This document shows, piece after piece, positions 18,665-27,144 of a stretch of DNA of 64,000 nucleotides (position 1 is the stretch's first letter; each line of letters opens with the position of its first letter). The position numbers and the translations under genes were made by a program. The notes under the pieces are model-generated. The model was not told the DNA's origin and made no database searches. It was given only the letters and a program-made list of their open reading frames with translations. Where the stretch lies: NCBI GenBank assembly GCA_041166745.1, contig JBEEGH010000032.1:37329-101328 (forward strand). The letters are read 5' to 3'. The stretch is from Acidimicrobiaceae bacterium (GTDB lineage Bacteria; Actinomycetota; Acidimicrobiia; Acidimicrobiales; JACDCH01).

Positions 18665-20089
18665 TCAGGACCTGACGCGCATGTCAGCTGACCGACCGAT
18701 GCTCAACAACTCGTCCAGCGCATCTGCCATCCCATCGGTGATCTCGTGCGGGTCCGCGATGTGCTCACGACACGCGATAACACCCACATTGAGCTGCTCG
18801 CAGTAGCTCCACACCGTGACGTTCAGGCCGATTCCCTCGAGGATCGGACCGACGGAGTAGATGCCTTCCATGCGAGCACCGGCGACATAGAGCGGATCCC
18901 GAGGACCGGGAACGTTCGACACGACGACGTTGATCGGCGGACGAACTCGCTCGGCCAAACCGAAGCGGCTGTACTGCCGCATGAAGAACGAGTACGGCCG
19001 CGGCGGCGTGTACTCGCTCCAGTCGGCGAGCATGTCTGCGCCGAGGATGTTGTGCATCTCCTTCGCCGCACTCGTGACGTCGTGAATGGCGCGCAGGCGC
19101 TCGATCGGATCCTCGATGTTCGTCGCCAGCGTGGTGAACATGTTCGAGACCTTGTTTCCACCGAGACGTCGGATCGCGTCCGGGTCGTCCGTGGACACGG
19201 GCACACCCGCAACCAGCGCGCGATCGGGCAGTGCCCCGCGCTTGTCGAGCCACATGCGCAGCGATCCCGCCACCATCGCGAGGACGATGTCGTTGATCGT
19301 GACATCGAATGCCGACTTCGCCTCCTTCACGTCGGCCAACGCGAGCGTGCTGGTCGCGAAGGAGCGATGAGGCGTGAGCGACCCGTTGAACGGCGTGCGG
19401 GCGGTGTCCAAGATCGGACGAGGCGTCGCCACGTCTGCTGACTTGCGGTGGGCCGAGACTCGCTTGATGCCCTGAACCGTTCGCCGCAGGAGTCCGGGGA
19501 GCTGCACGATTCGTACGAGCAGGTCGCGCAGCGCATCGACGATCAGCCGCATTCGGGTTGGCATCTCCTCGCCATGCCACGGCTCGAGCGGTGAGGGTGG
19601 ATCGACCTCGTCCGGAGTGGTTGCCATCACATTGGCGAGCATCGCGGCGGCGGCCACACCGTCGGCGACGGAGTGATGGATCTTGGCGAGAAAACCGACA
19701 CGGCCCCCTTCGAGACCCTCCAGCATCCAGATCTCCCAGAGGGGCTTGCTGCGGTCGAGCTGCCACGACGCGATGTCGGCGATCACGCTGTCCATCTCTT
19801 CGCGGCCGCCGGGCGGCGGAACGCCGATGCGCCGCACGTGATACGAGAGGTCGAAATCCGGATCTTCGATCCACACGGGATGATGCAGCTGGCCCGGAAC
19901 TTGCACGATCCGGCGACGGAAGCCCGGCAGCAGATGCAATCGACGGTCGAGCTCGTGTTGAAAGCGTGCAAAGTCGTAGCCACCGGGCACGGTCGACACG
20001 TCGAGCACCGTGTACTTCAAGGTGTGCATGTGCAGCGTGGGGGTCTCGTTGTACAGAAAGCTCGCATCGAGGCCGGACAGTCGCTCCAC
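18665..20089 (-). CDS. wax ester synthase / diacylglycerol acyltransferase (WS/DGAT)
   Basis: Active-site HHSVADG (HHxxxDG) and N-terminal LSGLDASFLY. GTG 20089 is preceded by GGAGGTGCACG. Confidence 0.85.
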   Translation of the reverse strand: MERLSGLDASFLYNETPTLHMHTLKYTVLDVSTVPGGYDFARFQHELDRRLHLLPGFRRRIVQVPGQLHHPVWIEDPDFDLSYHVRRIGVPPPGGREEMDSVIADIASWQLDRSKPLWEIWMLEGLEGGRVGFLAKIHHSVADGVAAAAMLANVMATTPDEVDPPSPLEPWHGEEMPTRMRLIVDALRDLLVRIVQLPGLLRRTVQGIKRVSAHRKSADVATPRPILDTARTPFNGSLTPHRSFATSTLALADVKEAKSAFDVTINDIVLAMVAGSLRMWLDKRGALPDRALVAGVPVSTDDPDAIRRLGGNKVSNMFTTLATNIEDPIERLRAIHDVTSAAKEMHNILGADMLADWSEYTPPRPYSFFMRQYSRFGLAERVRPPINVVVSNVPGPRDPLYVAGARMEGIYSVGPILEGIGLNVTVWSYCEQLNVGVIACREHIADPHEITDGMADALDELLSIGRSADMRVRS

Positions 20090-20126
20090 CGTGCACCTCC
20101 TTCCCAGGGGCGCGAGTATCGCACCG

Positions 20127-21254
20127 ATGATCAACAGGAATGCCTTTGCCACCCTGGTCGAGCGGGCCCGGCGGGAGGTGGACGAGGGCATCGTGCCGTC
20201 GTGCCAGCTCGCGGTCGCCGAGAACGGTGAGGTCGTCGAGTCCGTCACCCTCGGTGAGACAGTGGCGGCCGACGACACCCGCTACGTGATCTTCTCGTGC
20301 ACGAAGGCACTCGTCGCTTCGACGGTGTGGCAGCTCCTCGCCGAGGGCGCGTTCAGGCTCGAGGACCGCGTCGCGGAGCACATTCCCGAGTTCGCCGAGA
20401 ACGGCAAGGAGATCGTCACGATCGAGCAGGTGCTCCTGCACACGTCCGGATTTCCGCGTGCGCCGTTGGGGCCACCGCGTTGGTTGACGCGTGAAGGCCG
20501 CCTGTCCGCGTTCGCCAAGTGGCGGCTCAGTTGGGAGCCGGGCACGCGCTTCGAATATCACCCGACGTCCGCTCACTGGGTGCTGGCCGAACTCATCGCG
20601 CGCTCAGACGGTGTGGATCACACGGAAGCAATCCGGCGTCGAGTGCTCGAGCCCCTCGGTCTCACCCGTCTTGCCCTTGGCGTTCCCGTCGACCACCAGC
20701 ACGACATCGCGCCGCTGACACACACCGGCCAGGTACCGACGCCGGAAGAATTCCAGGCCGTGCTCGGCGTGCCCGGCATCGATCTCGGCGAGGTGACCGA
20801 GGCCGCGCTCATGGCGTTCAACGAGCCCGAGAGCTTGGCCGTCGGTGTTCCCGGAGGCGGTGGCGTCTCGACGGCCGCCGACCTGGCGCGCTTCTACCAG
20901 GCCCTGTTGCACAATCCCGGCGAGCTGTGGGATCCGAAGTGGCTCGCGATCGCGACGAGCGACGTCCGCAACACCTTCGAAGACGTGTTGGCAGGCGGGA
21001 TCAAGACGAATCGCACGATCGGACTCGTCGTGGCCGGCGGCGACGGTCTCGGCCCTCGGCGGGGCTTTGGCCACGGCAACAGCCCCGGCACCTTCGGGCA
21101 CGACGGCGCCGGCGGCCAACTGGCGTGGGCCGACCCGGAGACCGGACTGTCGTTCGCCTATCTCACCAATGGCATCGACCGTCACCTCATCCGCCAGTGG
21201 CGCCGGAACATCGGCATCGGCAGCCGGGCCGCGGCGGTCGGTTTGCCCGCCTGA
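20127..21254 (+). CDS. beta-lactamase-family serine hydrolase/esterase
   Basis: SxxK motif in VIFSCTKALVAST. Class-C/esterase-like length (375 aa). Start ATG 20127. Confidence 0.8.
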   Translation: MINRNAFATLVERARREVDEGIVPSCQLAVAENGEVVESVTLGETVAADDTRYVIFSCTKALVASTVWQLLAEGAFRLEDRVAEHIPEFAENGKEIVTIEQVLLHTSGFPRAPLGPPRWLTREGRLSAFAKWRLSWEPGTRFEYHPTSAHWVLAELIARSDGVDHTEAIRRRVLEPLGLTRLALGVPVDHQHDIAPLTHTGQVPTPEEFQAVLGVPGIDLGEVTEAALMAFNEPESLAVGVPGGGGVSTAADLARFYQALLHNPGELWDPKWLAIATSDVRNTFEDVLAGGIKTNRTIGLVVAGGDGLGPRRGFGHGNSPGTFGHDGAGGQLAWADPETGLSFAYLTNGIDRHLIRQWRRNIGIGSRAAAVGLPA

Positions 21255-21311
21255 GCAGGGATGCACGCCGCATGACCCGAATGAGTTCTGAAGGCCTCAA
21301 AGGAGTCAGTT

Positions 21312-22793
21312 ATGAAACCGCTCAGCGGAATGGATGCGTCGTTCCTGTACATGGAGACGCCATCGCAGTTGTCCCACGTGGTGGGCACCATGCTTCTCGA
21401 TCCGAGCGCGGGCGAGGGCTTCTCATTCGACCGAATGGTCGAGACGCTCCGCAACCGCATGCACCTGCTCGAGCCCTTCCGCCGCCGCTTGGTGTCCGTC
21501 CCGTTCAATCTGGGCCATCCCGTCTGGATCGAGGACCCTGACTTCGATCTCGAGTCGCACATCCACCGTGTCGCCGTGCGGCCGCCGGGCACGATGCGTG
21601 AGCTCGCCGAGATCGTGGCGGACATCGCCAGTCACCAACTCGATCGCAGCCGTCCGCTCTGGGACCTGACACTGATCGAGGGTCTCGAAGACGGCAAGGT
21701 CGGCTTCGTCACCAAGATGCATCACGCCGCGATCGACGGTGTGACCGGGGCCGACCTGATGGCGAATCTCTTCGATCTCGCGGCCGATGCACCAGATCCG
21801 GAACCGCCGGAAGTTCCGTGGCAAGGCGAGGCCGTGCCGAGTGATTTCGAGTTGATGGTCCGCGCTGCGCAGGGCATCGCGAGCCGGCCGCGCACGATGG
21901 CGAAGGTGCTCACCCGTACGGTGCGCTCCGTCGGGAGCATCGTCGCTCGTCAACGCGAAGCGTCGTCGGAAAACCGCGTGAGCGCCGCGCTGCCCTTCAC
22001 CGCACCCAAGGTGAAGTGGTCGGGCGCGATCACACCGCATCGAGCGGTCGCCTTCGGCAAGGCGAACCTCGACGACATGCGATACATCAAGTCGACGTTC
22101 GGTACGACGGTGAACGATGTCGTGCTCGCCGCATGTACGCAGACCTTGCGGCAATACCTCATCGCCCACGACGACCTTCCTGATTCACCGCTGGTGTGCA
22201 GCGTCCCCGTGTCGGTGCATGGAAAGACGGAGCACGAAGGCACGAACCAGGTGTCGACGATGTTCGTACGCCTTCCGGTACAGATCGACGATCCCGTCGA
22301 GCAACTGCGCACGATAAACGCCGAGACGCGAGAGGCGAAGGAGATGCAGAACGCCATCGGCGCGGACCTGCTCCAGGACTTCGCGCAATTCATTCCGCCG
22401 ACGCTGTTCAACCGCGCGATGTTGCTGTACTCCAACCTCAACTTGGCCGATCGTCATCGCCCCGTTCACAACCTCATCGTCTCGAACGTTCCGGGCCCGC
22501 CGATCCCGCTGTACACCGCGGGCGCGCAGGTCGTCGGGGTGTACCCCTTCGGGCCGCTGCTCGAAGGCGCGGGCCTCAACCTCACCGTGCTGTCCAACAT
22601 GGGCCACGTCGACTTCGGCGTCATCGCGTGTCGCGAACTCGTGCCGGATGTGTGGGACATCGCCGACGGCTTTGCCGAAGCGGTTCTCCTGCTCAAGAAA
22701 CGTGCGGACGAGGAAGCCGGGCGTCCGGAGCCCGCGTCGAAAGCAACTCCGACGAAGCGGACATCGAAGGCAAATACCGCGAAGCCGGAGTAA
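21312..22793 (+). CDS. wax ester synthase / diacylglycerol acyltransferase (WS/DGAT)
   Basis: HHAAIDG (HHxxxDG) and N-terminal LSGMDASFLYMET. AAAGGAG lies upstream of ATG 21312. Confidence 0.9.
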   Translation: MKPLSGMDASFLYMETPSQLSHVVGTMLLDPSAGEGFSFDRMVETLRNRMHLLEPFRRRLVSVPFNLGHPVWIEDPDFDLESHIHRVAVRPPGTMRELAEIVADIASHQLDRSRPLWDLTLIEGLEDGKVGFVTKMHHAAIDGVTGADLMANLFDLAADAPDPEPPEVPWQGEAVPSDFELMVRAAQGIASRPRTMAKVLTRTVRSVGSIVARQREASSENRVSAALPFTAPKVKWSGAITPHRAVAFGKANLDDMRYIKSTFGTTVNDVVLAACTQTLRQYLIAHDDLPDSPLVCSVPVSVHGKTEHEGTNQVSTMFVRLPVQIDDPVEQLRTINAETREAKEMQNAIGADLLQDFAQFIPPTLFNRAMLLYSNLNLADRHRPVHNLIVSNVPGPPIPLYTAGAQVVGVYPFGPLLEGAGLNLTVLSNMGHVDFGVIACRELVPDVWDIADGFAEAVLLLKKRADEEAGRPEPASKATPTKRTSKANTAKPE

Positions 22794-22829
22794 CGCTCGC
22801 CGTCTTCCCGGTCCGCGCGATTACCTGTA

Positions 22830-22846
22830 CCCTCCGACGTGGAGGG
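22830..22846 (+). promoter_or_regulatory. hairpin pairing an anti-SD with the Shine-Dalgarno sequence of the receiver gene
   Basis: CCCTCC-gacgt-GGAGGG. The GGAGGG arm is the only SD-like element upstream of ATG 22857. Lies 37 nt after the WS/DGAT stop. Confidence 0.3.
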
Positions 22847-22856
22847 GGCAGCACGG

Positions 22857-23234
22857 ATGCGCGTACTGATCTGCGACGACGAACCAGACATTCGCTTGTT
22901 GTTCCGCACCGCGTTCGAGCGCGAAGGGGCGGTCGTCGACGAGGCGAGCGACGGTGACGAATGCCTCAGGGTCGCAAGCGCCAACTGCCCCGACGTCGTG
23001 ATCCTCGACCTGATGATGCCGAAGCGTGATGGCCTGTCGACGCTGCCGATGCTGCGCCGCCAGTGCCCGTCCTCAGCAGTGGTCGTCGTCACCGCCCACG
23101 CCGCAATCGACGCATTCGAGGTGAGCCGGGCCCGCGGCGCGTCGGCCTGCTTCGACAAACTCGGCTTCCTTCCCCGTGTGCCCTGGGTGGTCTCCAAGTT
23201 CAACGTCGCCAACGGCACCGTCGCCCCCGCGTAG
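22857..23234 (+). CDS. stand-alone response-regulator receiver domain (CheY-like)
   Basis: Acidic pocket ICDDEPD, phospho-acceptor context VVILDLMMP, VVVVTAH, later Lys in CFDK. No output domain. Confidence 0.8.
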   Translation: MRVLICDDEPDIRLLFRTAFEREGAVVDEASDGDECLRVASANCPDVVILDLMMPKRDGLSTLPMLRRQCPSSAVVVVTAHAAIDAFEVSRARGASACFDKLGFLPRVPWVVSKFNVANGTVAPA

Positions 23235-23282
23235 CAACCTCTGAGAAGCGTCGCCCGGCCCGCGGGCTAGCTTGTAAACGCC

Positions 23283-24701
23283 ATGTCCCGCAGGATCGAA
23301 GTCGAGTTGACGAGCGCGCGCGAAGACGGCTCGTGGACGTGGCGGGCCGCAGGCGCTCGCGAGCCCAGAGGAATCGTGGCGAGCAACCTGCTTCCGTCGG
23401 ATGCGAAAGTCGGCGACGTCATGCGAGCTGAGGCGGACTTCGACCTCGATGGCGTGTCGATCCTGTCGATTGCGCCCAAGCAGGACAAGAAGCGCAACGA
23501 GGCCGAGCGCATCCAGATCATCGGTCAGCCGACACGCGACGAGCAGCTCGTCACCTCCACGCTGACGTCACGCCCCAAGTCCGATCGGCGCGATGGCCGC
23601 GGCAAGAACGACCGTGGCGACCGCCCTGACCGTCCCGATCGTCCGGCCCGGCGCGAACGCAAGCCTCGCGAGGGTGCCGACCGCGAGCGACCCAAGGAAC
23701 GGTCCGAGCGTCCTGCTCGCACCGCCGAGCGCCGGCCACCGAGGGCCCGCCCCGAAGAGCCGTCGAAGCCGAAGCCGAAGCGGCTGCGCCCGGCGCGCGT
23801 GCATCGCGCCGCGGTGCTCGAGGAGCTTCCTCCCGAACATCGTCCGATCGCGGAGCAGGTGTTGGCGGGCGACATCCCTGCGGTTCGCCAGGCCATCGAG
23901 AAGGAGAATGCGACCCGCTCGGCCGCCGGCCAGCCGACGATCAACGGCGACCAGTTGCTCGCCATCGCCGAGAAGCTACGTCCACAGTTGCGAACGGCCG
24001 AGTGGCGAGACAAGGCCGAAGCCGCGATGGCCGACGTCGACGAGATCGACCTCCGCGACCTGCGGTCGGTCGTCGTGGCGGCCGACAGCGCGGCGCGCGA
24101 CGACGACACCCGGGCGCTCGCGACGCAACTGCGCGAAGCGCTGGCCAAGAGAGTCGAGGCCGAGCAAACCGCCTGGGTCGCCGAGCTCACCACCGCCCTC
24201 GACGAGGGACGAGTGGTGCGCGCTCTGCGACTGAGCTCGCGCCCGCCGAAAGCCGGCGTGATCCTCGATCGAGCGTTGACCACACGGCTTGCCGACGGCG
24301 CGTGCGAATCGCTCACGGCCGATGCTCCCGCCGAGCGGTGGGCCGCCGTGCTCGATGCAACCGCGTTCTCACCCGTTCGCCTCGCCGTGAAGCCGCAGTC
24401 GATGCCGGAGAAGCCCAGCGATGAGCTCGTCGCCAGCGTCAAGAAGCTGGCGTCGCGGCTTCCCCTCGTTGCGACCGCGTTCGGCATCGAAGTGCAGGAC
24501 ACACCGCGGTCGCGCACATCGTCGAAGCCGAAGCCCGTGCCGCGGCCGCCGCGGATTCCTCCGCCTCCACCTCTGTCAGTCGAGGCGGTCGAGGTGGTCG
24601 AGGTGGTCGAGTCCGTCGAGTCCGTCGAGTCCGTCGAGGCCGTCCAAGAGGTCCAGGAGGTCGAGGGGTCGGGCGAGGACGTGGTCGCCGACGACAGCTG
24701 A
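23283..24701 (+). CDS. hypothetical highly charged protein
   Basis: 472-aa ORF with strong third-position GC. Arg/Asp/Pro/Lys-rich low-complexity segment (DRPDRPDRPARRERKPRE...), an alpha-helical middle, a Pro-rich segment and a VE(V/S) repeat tail. No family recognised. Confidence 0.6.
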   Translation: MSRRIEVELTSAREDGSWTWRAAGAREPRGIVASNLLPSDAKVGDVMRAEADFDLDGVSILSIAPKQDKKRNEAERIQIIGQPTRDEQLVTSTLTSRPKSDRRDGRGKNDRGDRPDRPDRPARRERKPREGADRERPKERSERPARTAERRPPRARPEEPSKPKPKRLRPARVHRAAVLEELPPEHRPIAEQVLAGDIPAVRQAIEKENATRSAAGQPTINGDQLLAIAEKLRPQLRTAEWRDKAEAAMADVDEIDLRDLRSVVVAADSAARDDDTRALATQLREALAKRVEAEQTAWVAELTTALDEGRVVRALRLSSRPPKAGVILDRALTTRLADGACESLTADAPAERWAAVLDATAFSPVRLAVKPQSMPEKPSDELVASVKKLASRLPLVATAFGIEVQDTPRSRTSSKPKPVPRPPRIPPPPPLSVEAVEVVEVVESVESVESVEAVQEVQEVEGSGEDVVADDS

Positions 24702-25190
24702 CGCTCGCGGGTTCCACCCAGCGAGCGCGAAGTCGCAGCCGATGTCGAGCGCGCACCGCCGGTCGTGGTCGGTGTCGCCGACGAAGATCACGTCTTGTGG
24801 CCGGAGCCCGATCGCGTCGAGTACCGGTCGAAGCTGCTTCGGGCCGTCGAAGCTGTCGGCGAACATCGCCACCTCGGGCTCCCATCCGAGCCGGGCGAGC
24901 TCGGCCCTGCCTCCAAGCGGATGCTTGTTCGAGCACAGCGCCCAACGATCCAGACGCGCGATGAGGTCCTCGACGCCTGCGAACGGCATCGCGAGCTCGT
25001 GGTCGTAGCGCGCCAGGTAATCGTCGACCTCGAGACCCAGCCGGTCACACTCGAACGCGAGCGTGTGGCCGAAGGTGATCTGTTCGGGTGCAACGCCGAG
25101 CGCGACGAACGGCGCGACGAGGGCCGCGTCTGAGTCGAGCAAGGTGCCGTCGAGATCGAAGACCGCAATCAGGGGCAGTGCGGACCTCAG
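24576..25190 (-). CDS. HAD-superfamily hydrolase (phosphatase-like), start codon unresolved
   Basis: Motif I FDLDGTLLDS lies in frame upstream of the first ATG/GTG/TTG (25142). Later motif VIFVGDTDHD. In-frame CTG codons at 25190, 25178 and 25172, and ATT at 25169. The 5' end given here is the most upstream option. Confidence 0.7.
   Translation of the reverse strand: MRSALPLIAVFDLDGTLLDSDAALVAPFVALGVAPEQITFGHTLAFECDRLGLEVDDYLARYDHELAMPFAGVEDLIARLDRWALCSNKHPLGGRAELARLGWEPEVAMFADSFDGPKQLRPVLDAIGLRPQDVIFVGDTDHDRRCALDIGCDFALAGWNPRASAVVGDHVLARPLDLLDLLDGLDGLDGLDGLDHLDHLDRLD
24579..24668. repeat. about ten tandem copies of a 9-bp unit GTCGAGNNN
   Basis: Units in order: gtcgaggcg, gtcgaggtg x2, gtcgagtcc x3, gtcgaggcc, gtccaagag, gtccaggag, gtcgagggg. 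Lies inside the 126-nt convergent overlap of two ORFs. Confidence 0.9.
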
Positions 25191-25381
25191 GACTCGCGTG
25201 GCGTCATGACGGATGATCGACTCGAACGGCCACGGAACTCACCGCTGGCGGCATCCTCATCCCAGCGCGCGCCACAGGTGAGGCATGCACACGAGTCGAG
25301 ACGCAGGGACGCGAGGTACAGCCGGTCGACATCGAACGAGCTGCAGTACGGGCACTGAAAGTGCTCGGCCTCATCTCCCAA
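25187..25381 (-). CDS. possible small zinc-ribbon protein (64 aa)
   Basis: CPYC...CLTC pair. TTG 25381 is preceded by AGGGAG at about 9 nt. This is only the C-terminal part of the 391-aa track ORF. The rest is antisense to the enoyl-CoA hydratase gene. Confidence 0.35.
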   Translation of the reverse strand: MGDEAEHFQCPYCSSFDVDRLYLASLRLDSCACLTCGARWDEDAASGEFRGRSSRSSVMTPRES

Positions 25382-25489
25382 GGTCGGATTCTCCCTGATC
25401 GCTTCACCGAACGTTACCGGACCCTTCTCCGACCAGCGGGACCCCCCATCGGTTTCCCTGCCGCGACAGGTGCTGCGTAGGGTGACGGA

Positions 25490-26251
25490 ATGGTCGACTA
25501 TGAGCTCCAGGGGCGGGTAGCGGTGTTGACGCTCAACCGTCCAGAAGCACGCAACGCAGTCAATGGCGACGTCTCCAAGGGGATGGAAGCCGCCATCGAT
25601 CGCCTCGAGGAGGACGACGATGTGTGGGCGGCCATCCTCACCCACAACGGTCCGGTGTTCTCCGCCGGCGCCGACCTCAAGGCGATCAACGCGGGACAGG
25701 TGTCCGAATTGCAGACGAAGCGCGGCGGGTTCGCGGGTTTTGTGCAGCGTCAGCGGACCAAGCCGGTGATCGCCGCCGTCGATGGCCCTGCGTATGCCGG
25801 CGGCTGCGAGATTGCCCTCGCCTGCGACCTCATCGTCGCTTCGACGCAAGCCAAGTTCGGCCTTCCAGAGGTGAAACGGTCGCTGGTCGCGGCCGCGGGA
25901 GGTCTCTTCCGGTTGCCTCGCATCCTCCCCCGTCCCGTCGCACTCGAGATGATCATGACCGGCGACCCGATCGACGCAGAGCGGGCCTACCAGTTCGGAA
26001 TGGTCAACGAGCTGTGCGAACCGGGCCAGACACTCGAACGGGCGCACGCGCTCGCAGCGCGCATCGTCGCCAACGCCCCGCTTGCGGTGCGCAAGAGCCG
26101 CGAGATCTCGCTGGCGTCGGTCGACGCCGACGACGAGGTGGGCTGGAGGCTCTCGGGCGAATCGATGATCGAGCTGGCCCAGACCGAAGACTTCTGGGAA
26201 GGCCCGAAGGCCTTCATCGAAAAGCGCGACCCCGTATGGCAGGGCAAGTAG
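25490..26251 (+). CDS. enoyl-CoA hydratase/isomerase (crotonase family)
   Basis: LNRPEARNA, FSAGADLK, AAVDGPAYAGGCEIALACD and FGLPEVKR motifs. Confidence 0.9.
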   Translation: MVDYELQGRVAVLTLNRPEARNAVNGDVSKGMEAAIDRLEEDDDVWAAILTHNGPVFSAGADLKAINAGQVSELQTKRGGFAGFVQRQRTKPVIAAVDGPAYAGGCEIALACDLIVASTQAKFGLPEVKRSLVAAAGGLFRLPRILPRPVALEMIMTGDPIDAERAYQFGMVNELCEPGQTLERAHALAARIVANAPLAVRKSREISLASVDADDEVGWRLSGESMIELAQTEDFWEGPKAFIEKRDPVWQGK

Positions 26252-26268
26252 CCCTTCCGATTTCGTTT

Positions 26269-26673
26269 CTAGAGGATCGTCTCGATGATCTCGTGGTCGT
26301 GGAGGAACTCCGCGAGACCGTCGACGAGTTGATGCTCGGCGACGTCGTGGAGCGGCACCCATGCGGCTTCTTCGGCGTCGTCGCCCGCTACCGGTTCGGC
26401 GTCGGGGTCGAGCAGCGTGACCGCGAAGTCGAGGATCACGAAATGGTGGCTCTCACCGACGCGCTCGACCCATCCGATGAGCTCGCCGCACACTCCTTCG
26501 AGCCCGGTCTCCTCCGCGAGCTCGCGCACCACCGCTTCGGCCATCAGCTCCCCGGCTTCGACGCGTCCCCCGGGCACGGACCACTCACCTTGTGCCGGGC
26601 CGTGGCCGCGGCGGATGAGCAGCAGCCGCCCGTCCTCGACGACGACCGCACCAACGCACACCTCGGGCCTCAC
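26269..26673 (-). CDS. Nudix hydrolase
   Basis: Nudix box GGRVEAGELMAEAVVRELAEETGLE. GTG 26673 overlaps the upstream stop (GTGA). The Arg-rich 5' extension of the track ORF is rejected. Confidence 0.85.
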   Translation of the reverse strand: MRPEVCVGAVVVEDGRLLLIRRGHGPAQGEWSVPGGRVEAGELMAEAVVRELAEETGLEGVCGELIGWVERVGESHHFVILDFAVTLLDPDAEPVAGDDAEEAAWVPLHDVAEHQLVDGLAEFLHDHEIIETIL

Positions 26674-27140
26674 GGCAGCGGCCGGTGCACGACGATGGCG
26701 CGGGCGACGAGACCGAACGACTCGAAGAAGTTCTTCGTCTCCCGGTTTCCGGGCAGCGCGAGCGAGTCGATGCCGACGCAGTGTCGTTCGGTGGCCCATG
26801 CCACGACGTCGTCGAGGAGCGCCTCGCCCACGCCCACACCGCGGGCTTCGGGCTCGACGTAGACGTCGGTGAGCCGGGCGAGCTCGCTGCCGTCGCTGAA
26901 AGCCTCGATCACAGCCACCGCATACCCGATGACGGCGTCGTCGATCGCTCCGGCCAGCACGATGGCGTTGGCGTTGTCGAAGTCTGCGGCCAGCGACGCT
27001 TCGATGGGCTCCTGACGAGCTTCGCGACGCGCCCACATCTCCCCGCCTTTGGTCGATCGCAGTTCGGCGATCGCCGCGCGGGCCAGGTCCGCGAGGCGAG
27101 GAAGGTCGTCGCTCGACGCGGGACGGGCCGCCTCGATCAA
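26670..27140 (-). CDS. GNAT-family N-acetyltransferase
   Basis: Acetyl-CoA loop VEPEARGVGVGEALL. Only the C-terminal 156 aa of the track ORF look like protein. TTG 27140 lies 4 nt after the upstream stop, so the start is tentative. Confidence 0.7.
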   Translation of the reverse strand: MIEAARPASSDDLPRLADLARAAIAELRSTKGGEMWARREARQEPIEASLAADFDNANAIVLAGAIDDAVIGYAVAVIEAFSDGSELARLTDVYVEPEARGVGVGEALLDDVVAWATERHCVGIDSLALPGNRETKNFFESFGLVARAIVVHRPLP

Positions 27141-27144
27141 GGCG

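Noticed and set aside
23235-23282. GCCCGCGGGC palindrome after the receiver gene, considered as a terminator
   Set aside because: It is a 10-bp self-complementary sequence with no loop and no U tract, so it is unlikely to fold as a functional hairpin.
24579-24668. Repeat array considered as a CRISPR-like element
   Set aside because: The units are 9 bp and contiguous with no spacers. There are no cas genes, and the array lies inside coding sequence. It is a coding microsatellite, not a CRISPR.
25382-26362. N-terminal 327 codons of the 391-aa minus-strand ORF
   Set aside because: This part lies entirely antisense to the crotonase gene (25490-26251) and is Arg/Gly-rich. Only the last 64 codons, with a CxxC pair and an SD-preceded TTG, were kept as a tentative small gene.
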